Assembly (NCBI GenBank): GCA_002269645.1
Contig: NIVC01003909.1
Span: 6,138 to 70,137, forward strand
Direction: 5' to 3'
Source: Macrostomum lignano
Lineage: Eukaryota
DNA: 64,000 bases
Shown: positions 22,664 through 35,600 of the stretch, one piece after another
How the letters are laid out: each line of letters starts with the position of its first letter
Position numbering within the stretch: the stretch's first letter is position 1
Position numbers and translations under genes: made by a program
The notes under the pieces: generated by a model
The model's input: the letters and a program-made list of their open reading frames with translations, nothing else
What the model was told of the DNA's origin: nothing
The model's database searches: none

Positions 22664-23208
22664 TCTCAGTGACACACAGCATCTCAGTGAGACACACAGC
22701 ATCTCAGTGAGACACACAGCATCTCAGTGAGACACACAGCATCTCAGTGAGACACACAGCATCTCAGTGAGACACACAGCATCTCAGTGAGACACACAGC
22801 ATCTCAGTGAGACACACAGCATCTCAGTGAGACACACAGCATCTCAGTGAGACACAGCATCTCAGGGAGACACAGCATCTCAGTGAGACACACAGCATCT
22901 CAGGGACACACAGCATCTCAGTGAGACACAGCATCTCAGGGAGACACAGCATCTCAGTGAGACACACAGCATCTCAGTGAGACACACAGCATCTCAGTGA
23001 GACACACAGCATCTCAGTGAGACACAGAATCTCAGTGAGACACACAGCATCTCAGTGAGACACACAGCATCTCAGTGAGACACACAGCATCTCAGTGAGA
23101 CACACAGCATCTCAGTGAGACACAGCATCTCAGTGAGACACAGCATCTCAGTGAGACACACAGCATCTCAGTGAGACACACAGCATCTCAGTGAGACACA
23201 GCATCTCA
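22664..23208. repeat. Minisatellite, 20-bp unit (GAGACACACAGCATCTCAGT) with 18-bp variants
   Basis: Tandem periodicity; ends ~50 bp from the LARGE stop codon. Confidence 0.95.
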
Positions 23209-23257
23209 GCAGCCAGTGACGCAAGATCCAGCTACCCAAGAGTCCCAGGGAATGCTG

Positions 23258-26200
23258 CTAGGACGATCCCACAGACCCACTCGCGTCCCTACGAAATGAC
23301 AAATACTTGAGCGCGCGGACTCCATGCCTCTTAGCCAAGTACTTGATGTACTCCACCTTCAGCGTGTTGATGCAGTGTCGGTACTCCGGTATGAACCTGA
23401 ACCTCGCCACGTCCAGACTCGGCGCGTGCGGCAGGTGCACGATGAAGGCATTGGGCAGCACTCGGAAAGCGAATCCCAGAATGTCCAGCTGCATGATGAA
23501 GGACACCTTGTTCCAGCCGAACCCCACGAATCTGGTGTCAAACCTGGCGGCGTCCCGGCCGATGACCACGTAGGGCTCGAAGTCAGCCTGCCAGGTCACC
23601 GGGTACGACTGGGTGGCCGACTTCCACCGGGTGAAGTCCGTGGCCCGGTGGCCCTCCCGGAACACCTTGTAGGGTTGAGAGAGAACACAATGGGTGCACG
23701 AGAGACAAGACTGGTTAAGCACAGGGCCTCGGTCTGGGACTGGGGCCACGACATACTCGTAATTCAAATAGGCGCCAGACGCTAACAAAGACACCAAAAA
23801 CCAGCAAGGGCAACACGTCACATAAAAGTTGGCGCCAGGCAGTGGCGTCATATACTAACAGTGGCGCCAGACACTAACAATGGCGCCAGACACTAACAGT
23901 GGCGCCAGATAATATCAGTGGCGCCAGACACTAACAGTGGCGCCAGACACTAACAGTGGCGCCAGATAATATCAGTGGCGCCAGACACTAACAGTGGCGC
24001 CAGATAAAAAACCTAGTCGACAATAGCCGACATGTAGCGAAAAATACTTTATAAGGCAGGATTTGACACAGGCTGCCTAATCGGCCCACGCACTACTAAC
24101 CTCCTGCCTGAAGGGAACAATCTCCCCCAGGTTGAGGCGGCTCAGCAACTCGGCCTTGCTGGCGGGGAATTGCAGCTTGTACTGGAATGTCTCGAATGCG
24201 GGCACAATCAGGGCCACCCTCTGCTGCCGTTGCTGGGCGGAGAATCTGGCAATCTCGGACCTGAGATGCTCGTAGAGCCCCAGACTGGGCAGGAAGTCGA
24301 AGTCCAGCAGGAACACAAAGTCGGTCACGGCGTTCTCCATGGCTACATTGCGGAGCCGGTTCACAGGATAGAACTGGCCCTCCTTCATCAGCAGGTGGTA
24401 GGCAATGTTGCGGCGGTGACGCAGCACCTGGAAAGGTTGCGGATTGGGATCTCATTGGTTAGGGATGTGAGATCTCATTGGTTAGGGATGTGGATCTCAT
24501 TGGTTAGGGATTTGGGATCTCATTGGTTAGGGATGTGGATCTCATTGATTAGGGATGTGAGATCTCATTGGTTAGGGATGTGGGATCTCATTGGTTAGGG
24601 ATGTGGATCTCATTGATTAGGGATGTGAGATCTCATTGGTTAGGGATGTGGGATCTCATTGGTTAGGGATGTGGGATCTCATTGGTTAGGGATGTGGGAT
24701 CTCATTGGTTAGGGATGTGAGATCTCATTGGTTAGGGATTTGGGATCTCATTGGTTAGGGATGTGGGATCTCATTGGTTAGGGATGTGGGATCTCATTGG
24801 TTAGGGATGTGGGATCTCATTGGTTAGGGATGTGGGATCTCATTGGTTAGGGATGTGGATCTCATTGATTAGGGATGTGAGATCTCATTGGTTAGGGATG
24901 TGGGATCTCATTGGTTAGGGATGTGGGGTCTCATTGATTAGAGATGTGGGATCTCATTGGTTAGGGATGTGATATCTCATTGGTTAGGGATGTGGGATCT
25001 CATTGGTTAGGGATGTGGGATCTCATTGGTTAGGGATGTGGGATCGCACAAACCTGAGAAGACTCAACAAAGGTGGCCAACTGGTGGGCCTCAGCATCCG
25101 TGACGTAGATGCAAAGGCTGATGGGGCCGGCCCAGTGTCGCGACAGGCTCTCCAGCAGCTGTACCCGATCCAGACTGAGCTGGCTGACCAGGGTGACATC
25201 GTGAGGCCCCTGGGCGGTGTAGTTGTACTCCAAGTAGTACAGGTGCGTCCTCCGGACCAGCCGCTGCTCCGCCCGCATCTCGTAGCACTCGTCCCCGGCG
25301 CTGACGCCAGCGGCAGCCGGGCCGGCGAGCGAGTTGGCACCGGAGGCGTCCTCTGCCAGCAGCTGGTCCTGGTCGTCCTCCGCGCCATCGTCCGGACAGG
25401 CGAACAGCCGCCTGCGCAACAGGCCGCCATCATAGTCCAAGTAGGTCATGTACAGCGTATGGAAGTGCTGCGCGAATCGATGCCTGCGGGCGCCCCAAAC
25501 CTTCAGTGGCGAGTTCCAGTGCAGGATGCGAACGCTGGGCAGGTTGGCGGGGGAGCGGTAGCACAGCTCCGGCTGGGTGTGGTCGCCGAGCTGCACGTTC
25601 CAGTAGCATGGGATTCGGTACAGCAGGCCCGGGTGCCGTCGCACCAGGGCGTTAATGACGTCCTGCGGGCGGGCGGAGTTGGTGCCGAGGGATTCCGGGA
25701 TTCAGTCGCCAAAATCCCAAATAAAAGAAATATCCCAACTCTTTCTGTTATCACATTAAAGATTTAAAATATCCCTAATCCTCAGTAACTATAAAATATC
25801 CCTAATCCTCGGTAACTATAAAATATCCCTAATCCTCGGTAACTATAAAATATCCCTAATTCTCCAGAAACTATAAAATATCCCTAATCCTCAGCAACTA
25901 TAAAATATGCCTAATCCTCAGCAACTATAAAATATCCCTAATTCTCAGAAACTATAAAATATCCCAAATCCCCACCAACTATAAAATATCCCAAAACCCC
26001 ACCAACTATAAAAATATCCCAAAACCCCACCAACTATAAAAACATCCTAAATCCCCACCAACTATAAAATATCCCAAATCCCCATCAGGTGAAGCACCGC
26101 CACACCTGGTCAGCCAGCTGGGCGGGTCCGTGCTTGGCCGCGCACTCCCTGGCCACGGCAGGCCAGCGCCTGTCCCAGCCCCAGGCCCGCAGCCTGGCAA

Positions 26201-27302
26201 GGTGCATGAGCATCACCCCGGTGTTGAAGCCGCGCCCCAGAGCTGGCCAGACCCCGGCCTTGCCAGACAGGTACCAATCGGACAGGTTGTCCGCCAGCCC
26301 GATAGCGAGGCCGGGCCGCTCGGCCAGCTGGCCGAACAGCTGCCACAGCTGGAGGGGGTCGGCCGTCACCGCCACGTCAGTGTCCAGTACAATGACCCGC
26401 TCGAGAGACCGGGGCAGCACGGAGGGCAGCGTCAGCTTTAGCAGGCCGTACACGCCTGAGTAGTGCGTGTTGGACAGCCAGCTCACCTGCCGCAGAGGGG
26501 AGTTCAGGAATGCGGATATAAAAATTGGGACCGCTTTTTCGCTTTGGCATCCTGGTAATTGCAAAAAGGTACCGTATTAGTAAAATTATAAAGAGGCTCT
26601 GACAAGTTCTTATGGTGATTTCTAACATTCACAGGGAAATTCTAACATTAACAGGGGAATCCAACCATTCACAGGGGAATTCTAACATTCATAAGGGAAT
26701 TCTAACATTCCCAAGGAAATTATAGCATTCACAAGGGAATTCTGGCATTCACAGGGGAATCCTACCATTCACAGTGGAATCCTACCATTCACAGTAAGGT
26801 TCAATCTCGGACACACCTACACAAAGAAACAGTACATTAGACCTACCTGATCAGTGGCTGTATCATAATAATCCACTCTGAGGTGAGGAATTCTCCAAGT
26901 TCGAAACAAAGTCTTGAGCACCCGCTTTGCTCGGCCTGCAGTGACCAGATGCAGGTGGATGGGGGTTGACCGGTGAAACAGGACACTCTTGACCACCGTC
27001 ACAGCGTAGCGAGTGGCGGTCTGGCCGCCAACAATGAGCGCCACATGGATGGCCTGGCAGTCCAGTTGCTGACGCCCTGGGGTCAAGCTGGGCCCAGCAG
27101 CCAGTGAAGCATTTGCGCCGGAGCCAGCCGCCGATGCCACCCCGAGGCTGCCCACGATTTCACACTGGCAATCTGGGCTGCTGCTGGCAGCTCTGCCGGC
27201 AGAGCCATCACGTGCGATGGACAGCAGGCAGAGCAGGGAGCAGCCAGCCAGCAGAGCTGACAACAGGCGGCCACGGCGGCGTACAGAGAATGGCAATCTC
27301 AT
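23258..27302 (-). CDS. LARGE: LARGE-family bifunctional xylosyltransferase/glucuronyltransferase; exons 27302-26847, 26486-26106, 25662-25054, 24427-24101, 23665-23258 (726 aa)
   Basis: All four introns are GT-AG and phase 0; exons sum to 2181 nt. N-terminal membrane anchor; GT8 domain (WLSNTHYSGVYGLLKLTLP, VLDTD, GFNTGV, LADQD); GT49 domain (DVTLVSQLSLDR, YPVNRLRN, DFDFLP, FEPYVV, RFVGFGWNKVS). Confidence 0.93.
23830..24004. repeat. Minisatellite, 19-bp unit (CAGTGGCGCCAGACACTAA), in LARGE intron 4
   Basis: Tandem periodicity read directly. Confidence 0.85.
24446..25045. repeat. Minisatellite, 23-bp unit (GGGATCTCATTGGTTAGGGATGT), filling LARGE intron 3
   Basis: About 26 copies, running from ~7 nt after the donor to ~17 nt before the acceptor; each unit contains TTAGGG. 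Confidence 0.95.
25765..26083. repeat. Minisatellite, 27-bp unit (AACTATAAAATATCCCTAATCCTCGGT), in LARGE intron 2
   Basis: Units at 25787, 25814, 25841; about 12 copies. Confidence 0.9.
26620..26795. repeat. Minisatellite, 20-bp unit (TTCACAGGGGAATTCTAACA), in LARGE intron 1
   Basis: About 9 degenerate copies. Confidence 0.85.
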
Positions 27303-27845
27303 GGCAATGCTGGCAGCTCCAGTGGCAATACTGGGGCATCTCACAGCACTGAGGCACGAGTTTCTTGCTGCAGTGTTTTGTCAATAAATTATCACAAAAC
27401 AGGATTGTAAATAAATCTCAGAAAACCCTATGTTTTAAAAAAAAGTTATTATTTATATACCTCATGGCAAAAAGCATGAGGCAAAAAGCAAAAAGCATGG
27501 TAAAGCACAAATATGAAGAATATAATGCATACAAAGTATCAAACTATATAGTTCATTTAAACTATCATATGTCTCTAAGCCAAAGTGCAATAGGCCTAGA
27601 ATGTGAGAGAGATATAACTAAAAAACAAGATATGAATAGTCATTGAATTTTAAAAAAATTATATCAGCATACTATATTAAAAATTGTACCAATCATTGTT
27701 GTTTTAATAGTCTTCTAATAAGTAAATAATATTTAAGGTTTGCTCAACTATGCTAATACTTAATAATAATATTCAACTTCAATTTCTTTCAATATTATTT
27801 AAATTGTATTTTTATCAGATACAGTATAGAGTTAGTTCTCAAATA

Positions 27846-28728
27846 TTAAATGTTATTACTGAAATTTTACTACTTTGTTACCTCTACATGTACCCCTACA
27901 TGTGATGCATGTGTTAGGACTTAGGTGGATTGTGGATGTCTGTAGGTCTAAATTGAAATGTTACAACATTGGTTTGTTAACTTCGTTAGCAAGTTTAAAT
28001 AAACAGCAGACAGCTATATAAGAATTTTGAGACTGCTTGGTATATAGTAAAGATTTGGTATTTTACTAATTATAAGCTAATAAGTAAGAAGAATACTATT
28101 AGTAAGCATAACAAGTAAGAAATACTTAGACTTATTCTTAGACTTTTGCTTAGACATTATATATAGAAATCAGTCAAAAATCAATAATTGGTCTATATTA
28201 CATCTGTTAAAAATTTTATGATAGCTATAAGATAGGAAAGCTTTAGAGCCACTTTGGTAACAGCAGTAACACAAATATAACCATATAAGCAAATCTATGA
28301 AAAAATTAAATCATAAAATAGAGGCTATTAACTCTGTTAGCTACTATCTATAGCTATCAAGCCCCATTTTAATCAGTATGCCTTAGCTTCTTAGGTATAG
28401 GTAGGTATAGTATAGACCTAACACTAATACTGAGTACAAAAATTAAATGTATATAAGAATATGTTATTGAGCCCAAAAAATGAAAATAATTATGCTTTTG
28501 CATTGACAATCAATAAAAGTGTTAACTGTTAATACTGTTTAATGTGGACTTTATATATTAGAGCTATTTGCAATAATTAAATGTAATTACTGAAATTTTA
28601 CTACTTTGTTACCCCTACATTTACCCCTACATGTGATGCATGTGTTAGGACTTAGGTGGATCGTGGATGTCTGTAGGTCTAAATTGAAATGTTACAACAT
28701 TGGTTCGTTAACTTCGTTAGCAAGTTTA
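27846..28728. repeat. Direct repeat pair of ~150 bp (27846-27998 and 28577-28728)
   Basis: Shared text TTACTGAAATTTTACTACTTTGTTAC...GTTAACTTCGTTAGCAAGTTTA with few substitutions. Confidence 0.8.
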
Positions 28729-29163
28729 CTAAGTAGGCGGTTGGCTCTACTAGGACTAGGTGTAAATTTATCTTTAAAGATTTTAACTTATCGAAATCAA
28801 CTTCAGTGGATTACTGGATTAGTTCCCTAACCTAAATTATATATTTCTAAAAAAGATGTTGGCGATAACTTTGAAGAAATATTTAAGGTAAATAAACATA
28901 CAAAAATAACACTACTTAAATCACTAAATTTAAGATGTTTTTATTAAAATTTATTCTGAGAAATAAATATGTTCTAACTCGCCGGCGCACATTTTGGCAA
29001 CAAAAGATTTTGTTATAAACCTGCTCATTTTTAATTATTGTATGTCAGGTTGCTGAGAGCTCTAAGGAGCGCTAATCCGCTACAACAAACAAAGCTTTTC
29101 GACCGTGAAGCAAATGAGCTGAGAAGATTGGACTTTGTTGTATCTTTGGGAATGAACAGAGAC

Positions 29164-29929
29164 TTGAAATATAGCATTTTGCAGCCCATTTGGGCTTACG
29201 CGCATTTAATTTAATCCAAGATACGTTTGCCAATGTAACGGAGCTTTTGTCTATGGTAGCAAAGCTGGCGCAGCGGCATTTAATTTGGTCCAACAAGCAT
29301 CCATTTGGTCCAAACACTCGTGAGCCATTGGACAAACTCTTGCCTTCTCTCAACCGTCTGCAGGTTGTTGCGCACCGCTAGCTGGAATGTCAGCGTCTCT
29401 ACCAAAAATTTTCAGTCGCTTTTCCAGAGCTCTGCTGATAGTCGCAATCTGATAATCGACTAGAGCTGTTCCCTCAACTTCTGCTGCATTTTCTGAAACG
29501 TCAACAAAGGGTTCGTCTCCACAGCATCGAGTAGCAGTTGGACCTGAGGCTCTCGAGCAACTTTCCTTGGCGATTGCCAACCTTTCGCAGGCAATCTCTG
29601 CCGGCAGAGTTTCAAGGCGCTGCTGGATGCTATAAACCACCTTTTCTTTTACATTCAGCAACCTTGCAATGTCCTTTGGGTGTTCACCTCCGTCGAGTGC
29701 TTTGATCACAAGCCGATGACATTCGTTCAACAGCCCAGCATATGGTCCACAATTCTGGGATTGAGCTGCAAATGAACTAAATGGACCAAATTAATGCTTG
29801 TTGGACCAAATTAAATGCCGCTGTGCCAGCCTTGCTACCATAGACAAAAGCTCCATTACTTTGACAAACATATCTTGGATTAAATTCAATGCGCGTAAGC
29901 CCAAATGGGCTGCAAAAAGCTATATTCAA
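29164..29929. mobile_element. Non-autonomous DNA transposon with ~149-bp terminal inverted repeats and a remnant HTH ORF
   Basis: 29164-29312 is the reverse complement of 29782-29929. Internal minus-strand ORF 29350-29730 begins with an HTH-like segment (GEHPKDIARLLNVKEKVVYSIQQR) typical of Tc1/mariner-type transposase N-termini; no DDE domain seen. Confidence 0.75.
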
Positions 29930-30659
29930 TATTAACCAAACCGACTAATTGCGATCGGCAGAGGAGAGCGTATATTATAGCAGTATTAGTTATCAGCGCA
30001 GTAGTGATTAGTCTTTGGTTATGGTAACAGTAGGGGTGTTTCTATTTATAGACTCAGGATGTAGACTCAGGATATAGACTCAGGTGACATAACGGCCACC
30101 ACAAACTCCCATAGACCAACCTTATCCCGTCTTAACTCACGTCCCAGATAAAGAATAAACTCCAAACCTCCTCATCTAATACTCACACGAATATATTTTA
30201 CGATCCTTTCCGAATTGCCCCGTGGATCGCCATCAAGCAATTCACTGCCCTGCTTCACCGTCCGAGCTCTGCCTAACCAGGAGGTGCGTGAATTAAGTCG
30301 ATGTTAAGGAGCTGAAGGGGGACAGTGGCCTGTACAATCTGCATGTATCTGTACAAGCCAGCATCTACTAGCTGTACCATCAGCGGGATAGTAACACGTA
30401 CATGGCCCTTCGCTCGCTCACTCCGGTTGACAACGAACCAAAGCACCTGTCAACTCTAGACCAGGCCCTACGCTGGCACATCCCTACTTCGTCTCTTCCA
30501 TTCACCACTGAGGAAGACGAGACTATGAAGCCAGCCGGTAGAAGGAAACGTCGCCTGCAGCCCGCAGCCCGTGGGCACTCCAGTCAAACGAGCCTCAAAG
30601 ACAGCAGCTCACGTCAAGAAGCTGGTAAGATCCAGGGGAACTACTGCTTCCTCAGACAA

Positions 30660-31090
30660 GGTATACTCGGAGGTTGAAACTTTGGTTCGAGGAGGGTTCA
30701 GTTTCGGAACTCGACATCTTACTACAGCAAACAATGCTATCGTAGAAGAATGTCGTCGTCAGCTGGACCTGACGATTCGGATTTCAGAGGACCACGACAG
30801 AATACAACGTATAGCAACCACTTGGAAAATCTTGATGCTACTTCTCTATATGCCATTCGTATGGTACAAGCCTTGTCGCATAAAGCATATCGTTGGTTAC
30901 GTCGTCGAGTGGCTGAAAATATACCAGTTGATGTTGAGGAGTTTAAAAATCCGAGTAAGCCGAGTCAGTTTTTGGATTGGTTGTCTAGCTATTGCGCTAA
31001 TGGACGAGGGGCGCTTAATAAATGTTGATTCGTTCTACCTGAAGCTTTTGCATTACTCCACTGCCGATCTACCTATCTACTGCCGATAGA
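30660..31090 (+). mobile_element. Decayed protein-primed family-B DNA polymerase fragment (Polinton/Maverick-like)
   Basis: Across frameshifts: VRGGFSFGTRHLTTANN (cf. IRGG.S...R...ANN), LDATSLY..MVQALSHKAYRWL (cf. LD.NSLY..M..PLP...F.W), GALINVDSFYLKLLHYSTADLP (cf. GYILEVDLEYP..LH..H.DLP). Confidence 0.55.
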
Positions 31091-32625
31091 ACTTTGGATG
31101 CCTGTGATGATACGTCCATCATATCGACAGGCCTTTGCCTTTTCCTGCCGCCTGGAACGTTAATCGGATTAGTAGCCTACCGAGTTAGTAGACTCAAATC
31201 GGCTTTTTTATTAGGACGAAGACTATGCGGGTAGCAAAAAAACTCATTTTGGAGGAAGCATCCAATAAAAATGAACCCTCAGCCACAATTACTACTTTGA
31301 AGGTTCAAGAGTCACCCGGAATAGGCAGCGCCAAAATCTGGAACTAGGCCCAACCGGCTGTCTCGTGATGATAAGGAAACAAATATTTTGGTTGGTAAAG
31401 TTGGATTTTAAAAATATATATCTAGCTCGAGAGCCTTTCTGATTGAATGTGTATAAGCAATTGTTTCTTTTAGTCAGATCAAGTTAAATGGGAACACGAC
31501 GTCGTCAGAAGAAGAAACAAGGGAGTTCAGTAACAAATTCTGATCGAGGTAAGAAATCTCGTCGAAGTCAAGCGGGGTTTGGCGTCGTTAATTGGGTGAT
31601 AGATCATCTCCCCGGTAGCTTATTTGTCTGGGGCAAGGAGTTTTAAAATTAGCAATCTGGATTGGCAATTGTTAAGATTAGGAGCCAGCACTGAATGTCT
31701 ATGGCTCTGTCTGACTCTGTCTGTGCTAGTCTGGCCTCGTGAGGTAAAAGTGAACAACTCGTTTCCACTCCAGGTTGCTAAGTCGTAGGAGTGCGTTTGG
31801 GGCTTGGTTCGAATAGTGCCAAAGCGTCTATATAGGAGAAAGCTATTCGTAGCAGGCTATAGTGACCTCGAGTTGCTAAATTAATATTGCGCTCGTAATT
31901 GCATTTCAGAGGCGATTTCGAAAGACCAAGTACAATTCAGCACGAAGGAGGTGGAGGAGCGCATTGCGAACTTCATCTCGGATGCCCCAGTCGTACGATC
32001 TGGCCTGCGCACTCCCCAGCGAAAGAGCTCCGTGGTCCTGCCGCCACGCAGAGTGACTGAGAGTTGCAATTAACGCGTGACTTCTGTCTGTCTTTTATTT
32101 GATCGCGGACTATTAAATTTTTGCGAAAATATTAGTCATTTAATTAGCGTAGTTTAATAGGAGCGTGTATAAGGAATATATTAGTTCATTCTCATCTCGA
32201 GTATAATGCTTCATAGATTCGTTTTTTCGTCACAATAAATATCTTTTATAACATACAATCTTTTAACACTTTGTCTGAAACCTTATGTCCTTGTGAAAGC
32301 AGTGGTCGAATATTCGTCGAAATTTCGATGATCAAATTTCCAAAATTTCTGAGTGCACATTCGACACCGAATCGACACAGAACATTCTGGGTCGATTCTG
32401 GGTCGAATTTTTCACCACGGGAGCTAGGGTGTATCGGATTCATCGTGGTGCATTTTTTTGCGGGATCTTTTGGCAAGAATGATTAGTCGGTAGTTAAACG
32501 AGCTATGCGAATTTGTTTAATAGCTGCTATGAGCGTTTGCGTTCTTTCGCAATGAACGTTCTAAAGTATTAAAATAGTGAAAATTTACATTACTTACTCG
32601 CTATTATAATTGTGTGTGGAGTTGC

Positions 32626-35600
32626 TGAAACAACTTGACTTACGATGGCACTAGCCGAAAAACCCTTGCGTGAAAACTCCAACTGCAGCGACTTATATAT
32701 TTTGACACGATATTATAAAAGGGACTAAAAAGCGCGAAGTAGCAATTGTGTGAGTGTGAATGAGTACGTGACAGTTTACGCACAAACGAAAGTACAGAGA
32801 GGAGGTAAAATAGCCAGAGCAGCGCAACCCCAAAACACAAACCAACCCAGCCCCAAAATCCCAAACACACGACACCCGCCACACGCCACCACACCTCTCC
32901 CAACCAAGAGCGGAACCCAACTCAGTTACAGTTCAGTCTTTGTCTCAGCCTCAGCCTTTAGTCACTTGTACATCAGCCGGTCGGGAGGTGCCCGGGTGCG
33001 TCCAGACCGGCGGAGCTCGGATTCCGCCGCGGGCTTCAACGGCGGTTTGGACTCGGCCATCGGCGCCGAACCGGCCTTCGGCACGGGCAGTTCTTGTGGC
33101 GTTGCCGTAGCGACCTCCGGTGACTCCGATGTGTCCGACATTGGATCGGCTGGACGTTCTCGCAGGTGATCCGCGTGTCGCCGGATATCTCGGCTGTCCG
33201 GCAGGCTGCACTCGTACCACAGTGCGTTCTCCTTCCGGGTGACGACCGCGGGAGACCAATTGGCCGCTTGTCCGAAGTTCCCAGCGTACACCGCTTCTCT
33301 CTCTTCAAAGAATCGAGGCTTTGCCGTCAAATCGTGATGAAGCTTCTGGCTTTCCTGACGCTCCAGGACCCGCCGGGAGATGCTGGGACGCGGGTGATCC
33401 AGTAATGACCGCAGGGTTTGCCCCATCAGAAGCTCACAAGGCGCTGCTCCCGTCGTTGAGTGCGGAGTGATCCGGTAGCTCATCAGGAAGCGGGCGACCT
33501 GCGTTTCGAGCGTGCCACCAGTCTGCTTTTCCAGCGAGCGCTTCAAACTTTGCACGGCCCTCTCAGCCAACCCGTTGGACGCAGGGTGGTACGGCGGGGT
33601 ACGCACATGTCGAATGCCGTTTTGGCGACAGAGTTCGCCGAATTCACCGCTCACAAAGCAGGGCCCATTGTCCGTCACCACGACTTCTGGCAGGCCATGC
33701 GTACAGAAGCTCTGCCGCAGCTTCTCTGCTGTTGTCGCCGCTGTCGCCGACGATGTCACGTGGACGTCAAGCCACTTCGAGTAGGCGTCCACGACGACTA
33801 GCAGCATCTTGCCACGAACAGGCCCTGCATAGTCGACATGAATCCGCGTCCACAGTTGCGTAGGCAGAGGCCAGGGCTGCAGCAGTACCGGAGATGCTTC
33901 CCGTTGATTTTGCTGACATTTAGAACAAGACGCCACCATCAACTCGATTTCCTGATCAATGCCTGGCCACCAAACATAGCTTCGGGGCAGCGACTTCATA
34001 CGAGAAGAACCCGGATGACTCTGGTGGAGACACTGAAGCAACTGAACGCGACCTGCGGGTGGAATAATGATGCGGCTATCCTAGAACAGGCAGCCATCTG
34101 CACAGAGAGTTTCTTGGATCGGCGACTGTATTGCAACAGCTCCGGTGGCGCGGTCTCCAGCCAACCAGTAAGGCAGAAGCGAACGACCTGCGACATCAGG
34201 GGATCCCGCCGTGTCCAAATGCAGATGTCCTTGGAACTGACGGGACCAGAATCCAGACTGTCCATTAGCAGGACGATCTCCGCGGGCACTGGGGTCGGTC
34301 GGTCCGCAGTCGGCGCTGGAAGACGACTAAAAGCATCCGCTCTGAGAAGCGAAGAGCCGCTGCGATGCACCAGCTTGTACCGATATGCTGACAGCAGCAG
34401 TGTCCATCGCTGCACTCGGCCAGATGCCAACGGCGGGATTTGCTTGCCTTCACCAAGAAGCCTAAGAAGAGGTCGATGATCCGTTAACAGACTGAACTCG
34501 CGGCCTAGGAGGTACTGGTTGAACTTCTTGACGCCGTAAACCAGCGCGAGCGCCTCCTTCTCCAGCTGACAATAGTTCCGCTCGGCCGAACTCAGGGTAC
34601 TTGACGCATAGGCAACCGGCTTGTCCAGACCGCCGACCCGATGAAAGATTACGGCTCCAATTCCGTGATCCGAAGCGTCGCACTCCAAGAACAGCTCCGC
34701 TGCTGCATCATAGTGAGCCAGGACGTTCGGTTGGACAAGAAGACGCTTGCAGGTCTCGAAAGCCTTCTTTTGCGACTGTCCCTAGTGCCATCGGATCTCC
34801 TTGTTGAGCAGCTGGTGTAGCGGACTCAAGACAGTCGACAAGTTAGGCAGAAACTTCCCATAGTAACTCACGAGACCCAGGAAACTCCGCAGCTGCGTCA
34901 GGTCCATAGGCTCAGGTGCGTCCACTATGGCTTGGAGCTTGTCCTTCAGTGGATGAAGGCCTTCCGAGTCGATGCGGTGTCCCAGGTACACCACTGAATC
35001 CTGCATGAACGCGCACTTCTCACGGCTGTAGGTCAAGCCAGCGTCCTTAAAAACGGAGAGCACCGCCCTGAGGTTGCTGCAGTGGCTCTCATCGTCCTGG
35101 CCAGTGACGATGACATCGTCCATAAATGCCGCGCAGTGAGCAATGCCTTGTAGCAGGCCGTCCATGACTCTCTGGAACATGCTCGGCGCTGTCGATACAC
35201 CAAATGGAAGCCTCGAGTACCGAAGAAGCCCCAACGGCGTGTTCACCGTGCAGAGCTCCTGAGCTGCAGCATCGAGGGGCATCTGAGAGAAGGCCTGACT
35301 CAGGTCCAGCTTGGTAAACTTCTTACCTCCGGCGAGTCTCGAGAACAATTCGTCAATGTTCGGCAGCGGGTACGTATCCGAATTAATAGAAACGTTGACG
35401 GTCTGTTTAAAATGGGCGCATACCCCGAATGCTGCCATCCGATTTCATTACAGGAACGATCGGCGACGCCCATTCTGAGAACTCCCTGCTGCACCTCCTT
35501 GTTCGCTTTTGCTCGACTTTGGCCTTCAGCGAGAACGGAATCGGGCGAGCCTTGCAGAACCGAGGCTTGGCGTCCGGCTTCAGCTGTATCGACAGTGGGG

